The notes under the pieces are model-generated. The model did not search any database. It saw only the letters and a program-made list of their open reading frames with translations, and had not been told where the DNA came from. A stretch of DNA of 64,000 bases. It comes from Acidimicrobiia bacterium (GTDB taxonomy: Bacteria > Actinomycetota > Acidimicrobiia > Spongiisociales > ZC4RG35). The translations under genes and the position numbers were made by a program. Location of the stretch: assembly GCA_965203555.1 (NCBI GenBank), contig CBDBCY010000004.1, positions 2,368,001 to 2,432,000 of the forward strand, read 5' to 3'. Positions 22,671-34,600 of this stretch are shown here, piece after piece. Numbering within the stretch: position 1 is the first letter of the stretch; each line of letters starts with the position of its first letter.

Positions 22671-24404
22671 TTGTCAGGCCGCATAGACGAGGGGATCCGC
22701 TACGAACCGGAAGAGCGTTGCTCTCTCTGGCTGGCCGCCGGGGTGGGGATACAGGGCGTGGTGACCGTGCTGGCGATAATCGTCCTGGTGGCGGTCTTCA
22801 CTGTCCTGGCAGCAGATCAGGGCCGCCAATACCTGGAATGGTCTGTTTTTGCAGCGTTGGTTATCAGCGGAGTGGTCTCCGTGTTGCAAGCGGCCCGGAT
22901 CGGGCGACTGGGTGGAGGTCATGTGCTCATTTCGGGAGTAACACCCAACTACATCCCGATCTCTGTCCTGGCGCTGGAGGTGGGAGGTCCCGAGGTGTTG
23001 GCCGGCCTTATCGTTCTGTCGGCGCTCTTTTACCTGGTAGTGGCGGCGTGGCTCCCGCTGCTGCGCCGAATCATCACTCCGGTTGTTGCCGGCACGGTGT
23101 TGATGCTGATCGCCACCATGATCCTCCCCGTAGCCGTTGATCGTCTTGTAGAAGTGCCTGTGGGAGCATCACAGGGCGCCGGCCTCGGTGTGGTGGCAGT
23201 GACGCTGGCTGTCACCACCGTCCTGGTGCTCCGGGCTACCGGGACCTGGCGGATGTGGTCCCTGCTGATCGGGATCGCGGTGGGGGGTCTGGCCGCTGTT
23301 CCGTTTGGACTGTACGAACTGGAGCGAGTTTCGGGGGCGCCTTGGTTTGGGATTCCCGAGGGAGGCCTCCCCGGACTGGATCTGACCTTGACCGCCGAGG
23401 CATGGGCGCTGGCGCCGATGTTTCTGATCGTCACTCTCGTGCAGGCCATCAAGAACATCGGCGACAACATGGCCGCTCAGCAGGTATCCTATCGCAGGCA
23501 CAGGGCGATAGATTTCCGTTCGGTCCAGGGGGCTATCTACGCGAACGGGGTCGGGATACTGCTCTCGGGGCTGGCCGGGGCTCCGCCCTCGTCCTCCTAT
23601 TCGTCGTCGACTGTCTCGCTGGTGCGTCTCACGGGGGTGGCTGCTCGTCGGGTGGGATATGCGATGGGAGTGATCCTCGTGGGACTGGCTTTGTTCCCCA
23701 AGGCGACGGCGGTTTTGTTGGGGATACCGACTCCGGTGATGGGAGCAGTATTGCTAACCGTGACCGGTCTGCTTTTCATGGAAGGTTTGCGTGCCGTGTC
23801 CCAGGGCGGCCTCGATCCCCGGAACATCCTGCTGGTGGGAATGGCCTATGCCGTGGGCGTGGGCATGGAGCAGCGGAACATTCTGGAGGGGCTCGTGGCG
23901 CAGCCATGGGATTCGCTGCTCGGCGACGGCCTCACCCTGGGCACCGCCACCGCCGTGGGACTGTCGTTGTTTCTCAGGGCAACCAGTCCGCGACCGAGGC
24001 GCCTGGAGGCGGTCCTGGACGCCTCCGCTTTTCCTGCCATCGACTCTTTCCTTGAAGAGATGGCCCGCGAGAAGGGCTGGGACAACTCTTCTGTCCAGCG
24101 GCTGCGCTCGGCTGGTGAGGAGACGCTCTCCAGTTTGCTGCAACCCGGCAACACATACGAGAACCAGGAGACCCCGCGGCTGATCGTGGTGGCGTATCTC
24201 GACGAAAAGTCCGTAGAGATGGAGTTCATGGCGGTCTTGGAACAGGAAAACCTGGAGGACCGCCTTGCCCATCTGGCCGAAGAGGACCAGGAATGGGATG
24301 AAAGAGAGCTTTCATTTCGCCTTCTTCGCCACCACGCTTCCAGTGTCCGGCATCAGAAATACCAAGGCATAGACATAGTTACGGTGAAGGTTGAGAGTTC
24401 CTAA
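22671..24404 (+). CDS. NCS2 (xanthine/uracil) permease with a C-terminal RsbW/HATPase-like domain (permease of the Sup cluster)
   Basis: About 13 hydrophobic segments; SVLQAARIGRLGGG, RRIITPVVAGTV, LTGVAARRVG, LFPK..IPTPVMG; ~135-aa soluble tail. Confidence 0.85.
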   Translation: MSGRIDEGIRYEPEERCSLWLAAGVGIQGVVTVLAIIVLVAVFTVLAADQGRQYLEWSVFAALVISGVVSVLQAARIGRLGGGHVLISGVTPNYIPISVLALEVGGPEVLAGLIVLSALFYLVVAAWLPLLRRIITPVVAGTVLMLIATMILPVAVDRLVEVPVGASQGAGLGVVAVTLAVTTVLVLRATGTWRMWSLLIGIAVGGLAAVPFGLYELERVSGAPWFGIPEGGLPGLDLTLTAEAWALAPMFLIVTLVQAIKNIGDNMAAQQVSYRRHRAIDFRSVQGAIYANGVGILLSGLAGAPPSSSYSSSTVSLVRLTGVAARRVGYAMGVILVGLALFPKATAVLLGIPTPVMGAVLLTVTGLLFMEGLRAVSQGGLDPRNILLVGMAYAVGVGMEQRNILEGLVAQPWDSLLGDGLTLGTATAVGLSLFLRATSPRPRRLEAVLDASAFPAIDSFLEEMAREKGWDNSSVQRLRSAGEETLSSLLQPGNTYENQETPRLIVVAYLDEKSVEMEFMAVLEQENLEDRLAHLAEEDQEWDERELSFRLLRHHASSVRHQKYQGIDIVTVKVESS

Positions 24405-24452
24405 TTCCTGAGTGGGGGCCGGTTCTATTTGTCCCGCCGACGGGAATGAAAC

Positions 24453-25397
24453 TCAATCCACTCCGATAGTTTCGAGAAACTCCCTCAGGGCAGAGGCGCA
24501 GGCCTGCGGTTGTTCGAGCTGAAGGAAGTGGGTGGCGTCCGGAAGGAAGTCGTAGTCGACAGTGAGTATGTCGCTCAGGTCAAGCGTTGGCAGAAAGGAG
24601 AAGGGGAGTGTGGGGTCCGCTCCGAATACCTTGGTAGGGGATTGCAACCTGTCGAAATCAACCATCACCGAGAATACTCCGGCGTATTCGACAATCCTCG
24701 CTTCGTATTCCCTGGGGCACCGAAGTTCGTAATCGTGGCCGTCCGTTCTTCGACGCAGGGTCGTCGCCGCCATGAGCTCCAAGACTCCTGGGACGACGCT
24801 GGAGAACATCGGGACGAATCGAAGGATGTAGGAAAAGTCCTCTTTGTCCGGGAAGCGCTCGGAACGATGGCGAGTCAGGAAGGCGTTGCGTGTGGCTGCC
24901 GCTTCCATTTCCTCGTAGCTCCTGCCTGGTTTGCAGAGAGGCGGATCGAACAGCATACGTCCGGAGAACGCGCTTCCATTGGTGGGGGACAAGAGTGAAA
25001 TCAAGGCTGAAACGGAGTGGAACACCCCTACCTTGGGTTTCGCTCCGAAGTGTCGATCGATAGCCTCCATGACGAGTTCGTGGTCATTGACGAATGTTGG
25101 GACATTGTGCTTTTCGATGGTTCCCACCGGGTTCCACCCATGGTTTCTGAGGTCATAGATGATCAGGTCGTAGTCGTCGACCAAGAGAGACCAGAACGGG
25201 TAATAGAGGTCGCTGGCGAGGCCGTTGCCGTGGCTGAGCACCAGCCGAGGCCCCTCCGGGTTGCCGTGACGGCGAAGGACGATGACTCCATCTCCCTCCA
25301 ATCTCACCCTACGAACCGAGAGTGGCTCAGGTACCTGCCAGACGGGATCTTGATCAGAAGTCAAATGGCTTGTCATAGTACCCTTTGGCTCATCCAC
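24453..25397 (-). CDS. Alpha/beta hydrolase of the Sup cluster
   Basis: LSHGNG, YDLRNHG, nucleophile elbow VFHSVSA, FDPP, THFLQLEQP (catalytic His); divergent from the PKS. Confidence 0.82.
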   Translation of the reverse strand: MDEPKGTMTSHLTSDQDPVWQVPEPLSVRRVRLEGDGVIVLRRHGNPEGPRLVLSHGNGLASDLYYPFWSLLVDDYDLIIYDLRNHGWNPVGTIEKHNVPTFVNDHELVMEAIDRHFGAKPKVGVFHSVSALISLLSPTNGSAFSGRMLFDPPLCKPGRSYEEMEAAATRNAFLTRHRSERFPDKEDFSYILRFVPMFSSVVPGVLELMAATTLRRRTDGHDYELRCPREYEARIVEYAGVFSVMVDFDRLQSPTKVFGADPTLPFSFLPTLDLSDILTVDYDFLPDATHFLQLEQPQACASALREFLETIGVD

Positions 25398-25666
25398 ATG
25401 AGGTCCCTCCGCCGGTTATCCTGGCCCGCTCGGGGTGTCGACCCGGAAGCGGCGCCGTTCGAAGGTGGGTTTGTCGCCGGAGTCCTTCCGTACTTCTCCG
25501 GTCCGGGCTCATCTCGGGGACGCGGCAGGGTGGGCGCCACCACCGGAGCGGCCGACCCGTCGGACGATTCGGCCCGGTCGGATGGCTTTCGCCTTCGGCT
25601 GCCGCTGGTAATGATCGCTTGTAGGTATTTTGAGAGAGACAACCTGAGTACGGGGACAGGTGCCTT

Positions 25667-28600
25667 ATGACGCTGAGAGAGTCTTCCGGCCCATCCAGAC
25701 GATCCGTCGCCTCTTTCGTGGCCGAAGAACGGGACATGTCTTCGAGCGGAGAGCCGATCGCGATCGTGGGCATGGCGTGCCGGTTCCCCGGCGCGCCCGA
25801 TCTGGCGGCCTTCTGGCGGCTTCTGGAAAGGGGCGGGAACGCGGTGACAGAAGGAGTCCCCGGCTCGGGGGTGGGGCGAGTGGGCGAGCTCTATCCGGAT
25901 GCCGAAGTCCAGAGCGAGGCCTGCCGTTTCGGAGCTTTCATCGAGGGGATCGACCTGTTCGACGCTGAGTTCTTTCGCATCTCGCCGGTGGAGGCGCAAC
26001 TCCTGGACCCTCAACAGAGGTTGATGTTGGAGACCAGTTGGCAGGCCCTGGAAGATGCGGGCATGGACCCGGAACGATTGAAGGGAAGCCGCACCGGGGT
26101 CTACATCGGCATCAGCAACATGGACTACCGGCTCCTGAACCTGGATTCCAGCCAGACCGCCGAGGCTGCCACCAGCCTGTACGCCGTGAGCGGCACCTCC
26201 CTGAACACCGCGGCCGGGCGGGTCGCCTTTGCCCTGGGCCTGGAAGGGCCCGCCATGGCGGTGGACACCGCCTGCTCCTCGTCGCTGGTGGCGGTGCACC
26301 AGGCGGTCTCGGCCCTGCAGCGGGACGAGGCGAGTGTGATCCTGGCCGGTGGAGTGCAGGCGGTCCTCAACGGTCGTCTGACCGAGTTGCGGGCCAATGC
26401 CCGGATGTTGTCCCCGGATGGAAAATGCAAGGCCTTCGACGCCTCGGCCAACGGCTTCGTCCGTGGGGAGGGCTGCGGAATAGTGGTGCTGAAGAGGCTC
26501 AGGGATGCAGAGGCTGACGGCGACCGGATCTGGGGAGTGATCCTGGGATCCGCCCTCAACCAGGACGGCACGAGTGCCGGGTTCACGGTACCCAGCGAAC
26601 GGGCCCAGGCAGAGGTGATCACCGAAGCGCTGCGCCGGGCCGGGGTCGCTCCCTGGCAGGTGGACTACCTGGAGGCTCACGGAACGGGCACCGAGGTTGG
26701 CGACCCGATCGAGTTGAACTCCGCCGGCGCCGTGTACGGCCAGGGCAGGGAACCGGACCGGCCCCTGCTGGTCGGCTCGGTCAAGACGAACATCGGCCAC
26801 TTGGAACCGGCGGCCGGAGTCGCCGGTCTGATGAAGGTCATCCTGTCGATGCAGCATGGGACAGTGCCCAAGCATTTGCACTTCCGGGACCCGAACCCCG
26901 GCGTGGCCTGGGACGCCCTCCCGTTGCAGATAGCCACTGAATGCACCGACTGGCCGGTGCATACCGACCGTCCTCCCCGGGCGGGCATCAGCGCCTACGG
27001 GTGGTCGGGAACCAACGCCCACGTGGTTGTCGAAGGATATGGGGAGCCGGTACGTGGCTCGGACCAAGGAGGGAGACCGTCAGGACCTGCGGGCCTCTAT
27101 CGCGACATTGCCGTGTCTCTACCCAATTCGGGCGCCGGGATGGCGCCCTCCCCGGACGAAGTCGCAGACCGCCCGGCGCGGCTCCTGCCCCTCTCGGCCA
27201 AGTCGGAGGTCGCCTTGCGTGAGTTGGCGGACCGCTACCTGTCCTGGTTGGATGAGCAGGCAGACGCCCCATCAGCCAATGGATCCGCCGCCGACCTGCA
27301 CCCCGGTGACATGACGTGGACCGCCGCAGAGGGTCGCGGGCACTTCGACTTCCGGGCCGGAGTGGTCTTCCGGGACATGGCTTCCCTGCGAGCCGGTTTG
27401 AAGGCAGTCGCCGGGATGGAATCTCCATCTTCCCCGCGGAATGCCCGGAGGGTGGCCTTCGCCTTCACGGGGCAGGGCGCCCAGTGGCAGGGTATGGGCC
27501 AATCCCTCTATCGCAGCGAACCGGTCGCCCGGGCCGTTCTGGACCGATGCGACCAACTGATCCGACAAGAGCGGGGAGTGTCACTGCTGGATGTCATGTT
27601 CGGCAGGCCCGCCGCGGCAGGTGACCTGCACGACCCGGCGTGGACCCAGCCGGCCATCTATGCCCTGCAGTGCGCCCTCTCCGCTCTCTGGGAGAGCGTG
27701 GGGATCAGGCCCGAGGTGGTGCTGGGACATAGCCTGGGCGAGATTGCGGCCGCGCATGCCGCCGGAGTCTTCACCCTTGAAGAGGGACTCCGGTTCGCCT
27801 CCACCAGGGGGACGCTGATGGCGGCCCTTCCCAGCGCCGGGGCGATGGCCGCGGTGTTCGCCCCCGAACGCCGGGTGAAGGCGGAGGTGGCCGAATGGAA
27901 TGAAGCCCGCGGCGCCGCCGACCTTTGCGTTGCGGTGGACAACGGCGCTCACCAGGTGATCAGCGGTCCGGCCGCGCAAGTGCACGCCTTTTCGGACCGC
28001 ATGGAGGAGGCGGGTGTGAAGGTACGACGGCTGGCGCCCAGCCCCGCCTACCACAGCCCGCTGGTGGAACCGGCCCTCGACGACCTGGAGGCATTCTTCG
28101 CGGACGTGGCCGTCTCTTCGGCCGGAATCCCGCTGGTCAGCAACGTGACGGGAAGGGTGGTGGAGCCCGGCATGGCGATGGATGGGGCTTACTGGCGCCG
28201 TCAGGCCGGTGAGCCGGTCGCCTTCCGAAGCTCCGTGGAGACGCTGGCCGCCCTGGGCGTGGATGCGGTTATCGAGCTTGGGCCCCACGCGGTGCTCGGG
28301 CCCCTGGTTTCGGTCAACTGGCCCCAGAACCCGGGGAACCTTGAGGGCCCTGCGGTGCTGGTCAGTCTGCTGCGGCCTTCCTGGGACGGGTCGGAGCCCG
28401 AGAGGGCCGATGCCTTCCTGCAGGCGGTGGCTGGAGCCTACGAGGGGGGCCTGCCCGTCTCCTTTGAGGGACTGTTCGCCGGGGAGTCCCGGCGCCGGGT
28501 GGCCCTGCCCGGATATCCCTTCCAGCGACGGCGCCACTGGGTGCCGAAGGCGGGGAGGCGGAGACGGGGCGACGCCCACCCCCTGCTGGGTGTCAGGCAC

Positions 28601-31600
28601 GAGTCCCCGCGCGGCGAGATCATGTTCGAGACGGAGATGTCTCCGTCGGATCCCGGGTGGCTGTCCGACCACCAGGTCTACGGGCGGGTGGTGATGCCCG
28701 GCGCGGTCTACGGGGCCATGGCCGCCTCCGCGTCAGTGGCCGACGGGCGCGGACCGGCAGCAGTCGAGGACCTGCAACTACATAACCCGCTGGTATTTCC
28801 GTCCCACGACGCGGGCAGCGAGGCGGAAGTCCCGGGTCGGCAGGTGCAAGTGCTCCTGGACAAGGTGGATGGCGCCCAGCCCCGGGGATTCGAGATCTTT
28901 AGCAGGGGGCCTAACGAAGAGGGTTGGACGATTCACGCCGAGGGCAGGCTGGTCCCCATCGATGGGCGCTTGGATGGTCGGGACCGGACCGACCCGGGCG
29001 TCTTGAGGGCCGGGATGCAGATCCAGGACCTGCGCGCCTATTACCGGGCCAAGGAGGCGACCGGGATTGACTTCGGCCCGCGCTTTAGGTCCCTGGAAGC
29101 TCTGTGGGGACGACCGGGGGAGGCGGTCGGCGAGGTTGTCCTGACAGAACCCGGGGAAGCAGGAGGCTCGCAGATACACCCGCTGTTGCTGGACGGGTGC
29201 TTCCAGGTGCTGTCGGCAGCCCGCGACCTGGCCGGTGTCGGGACCGGCGCCACCTACCTGCCTTTCGCCTGGGAGCGACTGTGGTTGAACGGTCCCCTTC
29301 CTGACCGGTTGGTCTGCCATGCTCGCATGAGAGACTCCGACCGGACTGCCGATGCCCAGGCGGGGGAACAGCCGGAAACCCTGACAGGGGACTTGATTTT
29401 CTACGATCACCAGGGTGCGGTCCTCGGCGGACTGGAGGGATACACCGTAAAGCGGGCCACCCGGGCGGCGCTCCTCTCGGCCTCGGAGGAACTGGGGGAG
29501 ATGCTCTACGAGGTGGCCTGGCGTGAACGCCCACTGGCCGGTGGGCTGGTGTCGGCCGAAGCTCTGACCGGGCCGGCGGCGGTGAGTGAAAACACGAGCC
29601 CGTTTGCAGACTATCTGTCGAGCGAGGGTGTGGCGATGGAGGACCGCGCCATGCTCCTCAACGACCTGGAGTGTCTCTCCCGCTCATACGCTCTCGCCGC
29701 CCTGGAAGAGTTGGGCTGGCGACGGCGCCGCGGCGAGGCGGTCGAGCCCGAGACTCTCCGAGATCTTTTGGGGATCGAACCGGAACACACCAGGTTGGTG
29801 GGACGATTGCTCCGGCTGGTGAGGGACGCCGGACTGCTCAGTGGACCCGATGATGAGGGGAGATACATCGTAGAAGTCGACACCGGGGGACCCTTGGGGG
29901 ATGAAGCACTGGCCGACTCCGAGGCCTTTGCAGACAGGGTGGCGGAACGGCACCCCCATGGCCTCAACGAGTTGGGCCTGGTAAGGAGGAGCGGCATCGC
30001 CCTGGCGGGCGGGCTTTGCGGGACCGTCGACATCCTGGAGGTCCTCTTTCGCAGCGAGGGACCGGGGGTAACCGAGTACTACTTCGCCGCCCCCGCCTCC
30101 CGGGCGTCCAACCGGCTCCTGGCCGACGCGGTTGCCCAGGTGGCGAAGGACTGGCCGGAGGATCGACCCCTGCGGGTGATCGAGGTCGGAGCGGGCACGG
30201 GTTCGGCCACGTCGGTGGTGTTGGCGGAACTCCCGGACGCGTGTGACTACATGTTCACCGACATCTCGGCCGGCTTCTTTGCGGAAGCAGAAAGCCGGTT
30301 TGCAGATTCGCCGATACCGATGGAGTACCGACCGCTGGACATTGAAAGGGCGCCGTCCGCCCAGGAATTCGAACCTCATGCCTACGACCTGATCATTGCG
30401 GCGAACGTGCTCCACGCCACTCGCGATCTGGATGAGACCCTGACCAACTGCCTCGAGTTGCTGGCGCCCTCCGGCCAGTTGATCGCGCTGGAGAACATGC
30501 GGGGTCGCGGCTGGCAGGACATCACCTTCGGACTGCTGGATGGCTGGTGGCGGTTCGCCGACGACTGCCGACCGGATCACGCCATGGCTCTGCCCTCGGT
30601 TTGGCGTCAGGCTCTGGTGGATGCGGGCTATGACGAGGTGAGTTTCCTGGGGATCGAGGGAGTCGAAGAGGGCGGGCCCTTTGGCTCCAGCGTCTTTCTC
30701 GCGCAGGGTCCGGCGGAAGTCGCCCTACCCGCCGGATTGTGGGTGATGTGCTCGGCGGGCGACGATGTGAGCCTTGAGATGGCGAGAGAACTGGCGAGAA
30801 GGAACCAGACCGTGGTTGTGGCCGATTCGACTCTGCCACCCGGTCCGCCCGAGGGCGAGCGGAAGGTTGTTAGGAGGGCCGTGGTGGCCGACAGCCGGGA
30901 GTCGTGGCGGGACCTTCTCGATGAACTCCCCGAAGACATTCCGTTCCGGGGTGTGGTGCACCTGGGCGCCCTCCGGGGGCACGGACCGCAGGCTTCCGTG
31001 GCACAACTGCGGGAGGACACCACGGATGCCGGGGGCAGCGCCCTGGCCCTGGTGCAGGCCCTGCTGGACGCCGATGTCGCTCCGGAGAACGGTCTCTGGT
31101 TCATCACATTGGGTGCTCAGGCGCTGGAACGGGACTACATGCGCGATTGCGTCGGAGAACCGGCCGGGGCCGTCCTGTGGGGCTTCGGCAGAGCGGTGGC
31201 CAGAGAAGCATCCCACCTTCTCCCGCGCATGCTGGACATCGACCCCGCCGATCCGGCCCCTATCACCCGTCTGGTCGACGAACTCATGTATGCCGACCAG
31301 GAAACCCAGGTCGCTCTCCGGGACGGCGACCGACTGGCCGCCCGCCTGATCCGAACCGGGGCCTCCAGAACCCGCGTGGACCTGCCGGAAGACCCGGCTT
31401 GGCGTCTCATGCCCGACGCGGAGGGAATGCTGGAAGGACTCTCCGCCCAGCCTGCACCGAGGCGGCCCCTGGGACCGGGGCAGGTCCGGGTGGCGGTGGA
31501 AGCAGTCGGGGTTAACTTCCTGGACGTACTGCTGAGCATGGGCGTGGTGGATTCGGCAGAGCCCCTGCTGGGCGAGGAATTCTGCGGGGGAATAGTGGAG

Positions 31601-34600
31601 ACCGCCCCGGACGTCACCGATTTCGCGGTGGGCGACCGCGTGGCCGGACTCTCCTTCGGCACCTTCTCACCCGAGGTGGTGACGCAGGTGGAGTTGGTGG
31701 CGCAGGCACCGCGTGGTGTCTCGGCCGCCGCCCTGGCGACCATCCCGTCGGCCTTCGTGAGCGCCGGGCTGAGCTTCGAGATGGCCGGGTTGAAGGCCGG
31801 TGCCCGTGTGCTCATCCACACCGCCTCGGGTGGGGTGGGACTGGCGGCGGTGCAGTTGGCGCAGGCCGCAGGCTGGGAGGTGTTCGCCACGGCCAGCGCC
31901 CCCAAGCAAGCGTATTTGCGGTCTGTGGGGATCGAGCATGTCTTCGACAGTCGAACAACCGACTTCGGGCGGGGAGTCCTGGATGCAACGGGCGGCGACG
32001 GAGTGGACATGGTGCTGAACAGCCTCACCGGCCCCGGGTTCATCGAGGCCAGCCTGTCCTGTCTGGCCCCCGGAGGAAGTTTCGTGGAGATGGGACGCCG
32101 GGACATATGGAGCCCCGAGGAGATGGCGGAGTCCCGCCCCGATGTCTCCTACTCCATCCTGGAACTGGACTGGCTGAAGAAGAACGAACCGGCCCACCCG
32201 GGCGCGGTGCTCCGCGACGTGATGGAGAGGATCACCACCGGCGCCTTGGCCCCGCTGGCCCACACCCGGTGGCCGATCGCCGAGGCCCCGGCCGCCATGG
32301 ACTTCATGCGCTCAGCACGCCACATCGGTAAGAACGTGCTGGTGATGCCACCCCTGGCCGGCGGTCGGTTGCGGCCCAACGGCACCTACCTGGTCACCGG
32401 CGGCCTGGGAGGTATCGGCATGGAAGTGGCCAAGTGGCTGGCAGGCCATGGTGCGGGCGTGATTGTCCTGAACGGTCGTAGGCCCCCCGACCCCGCCGCC
32501 CGGAGAGCGATCAAGGCTCTCGAGCGCCAAGGCGCCGATGTACGGGTGGAGTTGGCCGACGTGACCCAGGCTTCGGCCGTGGATGAGATGCTGGCCCGTC
32601 TGGACGCCCAAGCCCCTCCCCTGGCGGGCGTCATCCACAGCGTGGGCGTGCTGTCCGACGGCGCCCTCGGTAACCAGACCTGGGAACGTTTTGAACGGGT
32701 GTTGTGGCCCAAGGTTTTGGGAGCCTGGCATCTGCACCGGGCCACCTCGGACCGCGACCTGGACCTGTTCGTTCTGTTCAGCAGCATCACCGGGGTACTG
32801 GGTAAATCGGGCCAGGCCAATCACGCCGCGGCCAATACCTTCCTGGACCAACTGGCCGCATACCGAAGGTCCCTGGGACTCCCCGGTCAGGCCATCGCGT
32901 GGGGCGCCTGGTCGGAGTTGGGAGAAGCCGAGGAGCAGAGAGAACGGATCGAGCGGCAACTCGAAGCGCAGGGTACCGGCTGGATCAGTCCTGAACAGGG
33001 TCTTGACGCCTTTCACGAACTGGTCCGCCGGGACTTGACCTCCTCCATGGTGGGAGCGGTGGACTGGCCGGTCTTCACCGAGAACTATGAAGGCGCTCCC
33101 AGCTTTTTCGAAGACCTGCTCCCCGGAGGGCTGGAGTCCGGGGAGGATGACGGGGCGGCCTCCGGTCCAACCGACGTGCTTTCGGAATTGAGACATGGGG
33201 CGCCTGCGGATTGGGAAGGGTTGCTGGTCTCCTTCCTGCAGCGGGAGTTGCAGGCGGTGCTGAGGCTTCCGTCGGTCCCCGCCCCGGCGGTTGGTTTCTT
33301 CGACCTGGGAATGGACTCGTTGATGTCGGTGGAGTTCCGCAACCGGCTGAACCGGTCCCTGTCCGGGGAGTTCGTACTGTCGAGCACCGCGGTGTTCGAC
33401 TACCCCAGCCTCGACAGCCTGGCCGGCCACCTGCTCGAGGAACTCACCCCGACCATGGCATCCGATACCCCCGACGCCACCAGGGAATCTCCCGTTCCGG
33501 ACCGCCCTCCTCAGGCGCCACGCGACGAGGACGACATAGCCGTCGTGGGTATGGCCTGCCGCTTCCCCGGCGCCTCGGATCTCCCGGCCTTCTGGCGTCT
33601 CCTGGAATCAGGCGAAAACGCGGTGACCGATGGACGGACGGATGGCGGCCCCTGGAGCGGCGTTACCGGAGACCCTGCCGCAGGCGATGCGGTCTATCGG
33701 CGCGGAGGCTTCGTGGAGGGAATCGACTACTTCGACTCCAGGTTTTTCCGCATCTCCCCCATCGAGGCGCAATTGATGGATCCGCAGCAACGGATGCTTC
33801 TCGAAACCGCCTGGCAAGCCTTGGAGGACGCCGCAATGGACCCCGAGCAGCTGAGGGGCAGCCGCACCGGCGTCTATGCCGGGGTGGGCAGCCCCGAATA
33901 CCGGGACGTGATCGCGGCCGGCGGCAGGGAAGACAGTTACCTGGGGACCGCTCCCAGCGTGGCGGTCGGCCGCGTCGCATTCGCGCTGGGCCTGGAGGGA
34001 CCAGCCATGCCGGTGGACATGGCCTGCGCCTCCTCCCTGGCAGCGGTGCACCAGGCGGTGGCGGCTCTGCAGGGAGGGGATGTGGACCTGGCCTTGGTGG
34101 GCGGGGTGAACGCAACGTTGTCCCAGGCTTTTGTCAGATTCCACCTGGACATCGGCATGCTGTCCGCCACGGGGCGGTGTCGCGCCTTCGACGCCGCGGC
34201 CGACGGCTTCGTCCGGGGGGAGGGCTGCGGGGTGGTGGTCCTGAAGCGGCTCGGCGAGGCGGAGGCCGACGGCGACCGTATATGGGCGGTGATACGAGGG
34301 TCTGCGGTCAACCAGAACGGAGCCAGCGCCGCACTGACGGTGCCGAACGGCCCGGCCCAGGAGCGCGTGATGACAGAAGCCCTTGCCCGGGCCGGAGTCT
34401 CCCCGTCCGACGTCGACTACCTGGAGGCGCATGCGGTCGGCTCCCAACTGGGCGACCCGATCGAGTTGAATGCGGTGGGGGCGGTTTACGGCGCCCAGCG
34501 CGACCCGCGACGTCCGCTGCTGATCGGATCGGTGAAATCGAACATCGGGCACATTGAATGGGCGGCAGGGATCGCCGCCTTCATCAAGACGGTCCTATCC

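Noticed and set aside
25373-27067. Long antisense ORFs (also 1571-2842, 43786-45219, 47602-49116, 52461-53753, 61720-63246)
   Set aside because: No recognisable motifs; these are typical shadows opposite real genes in high-GC DNA.
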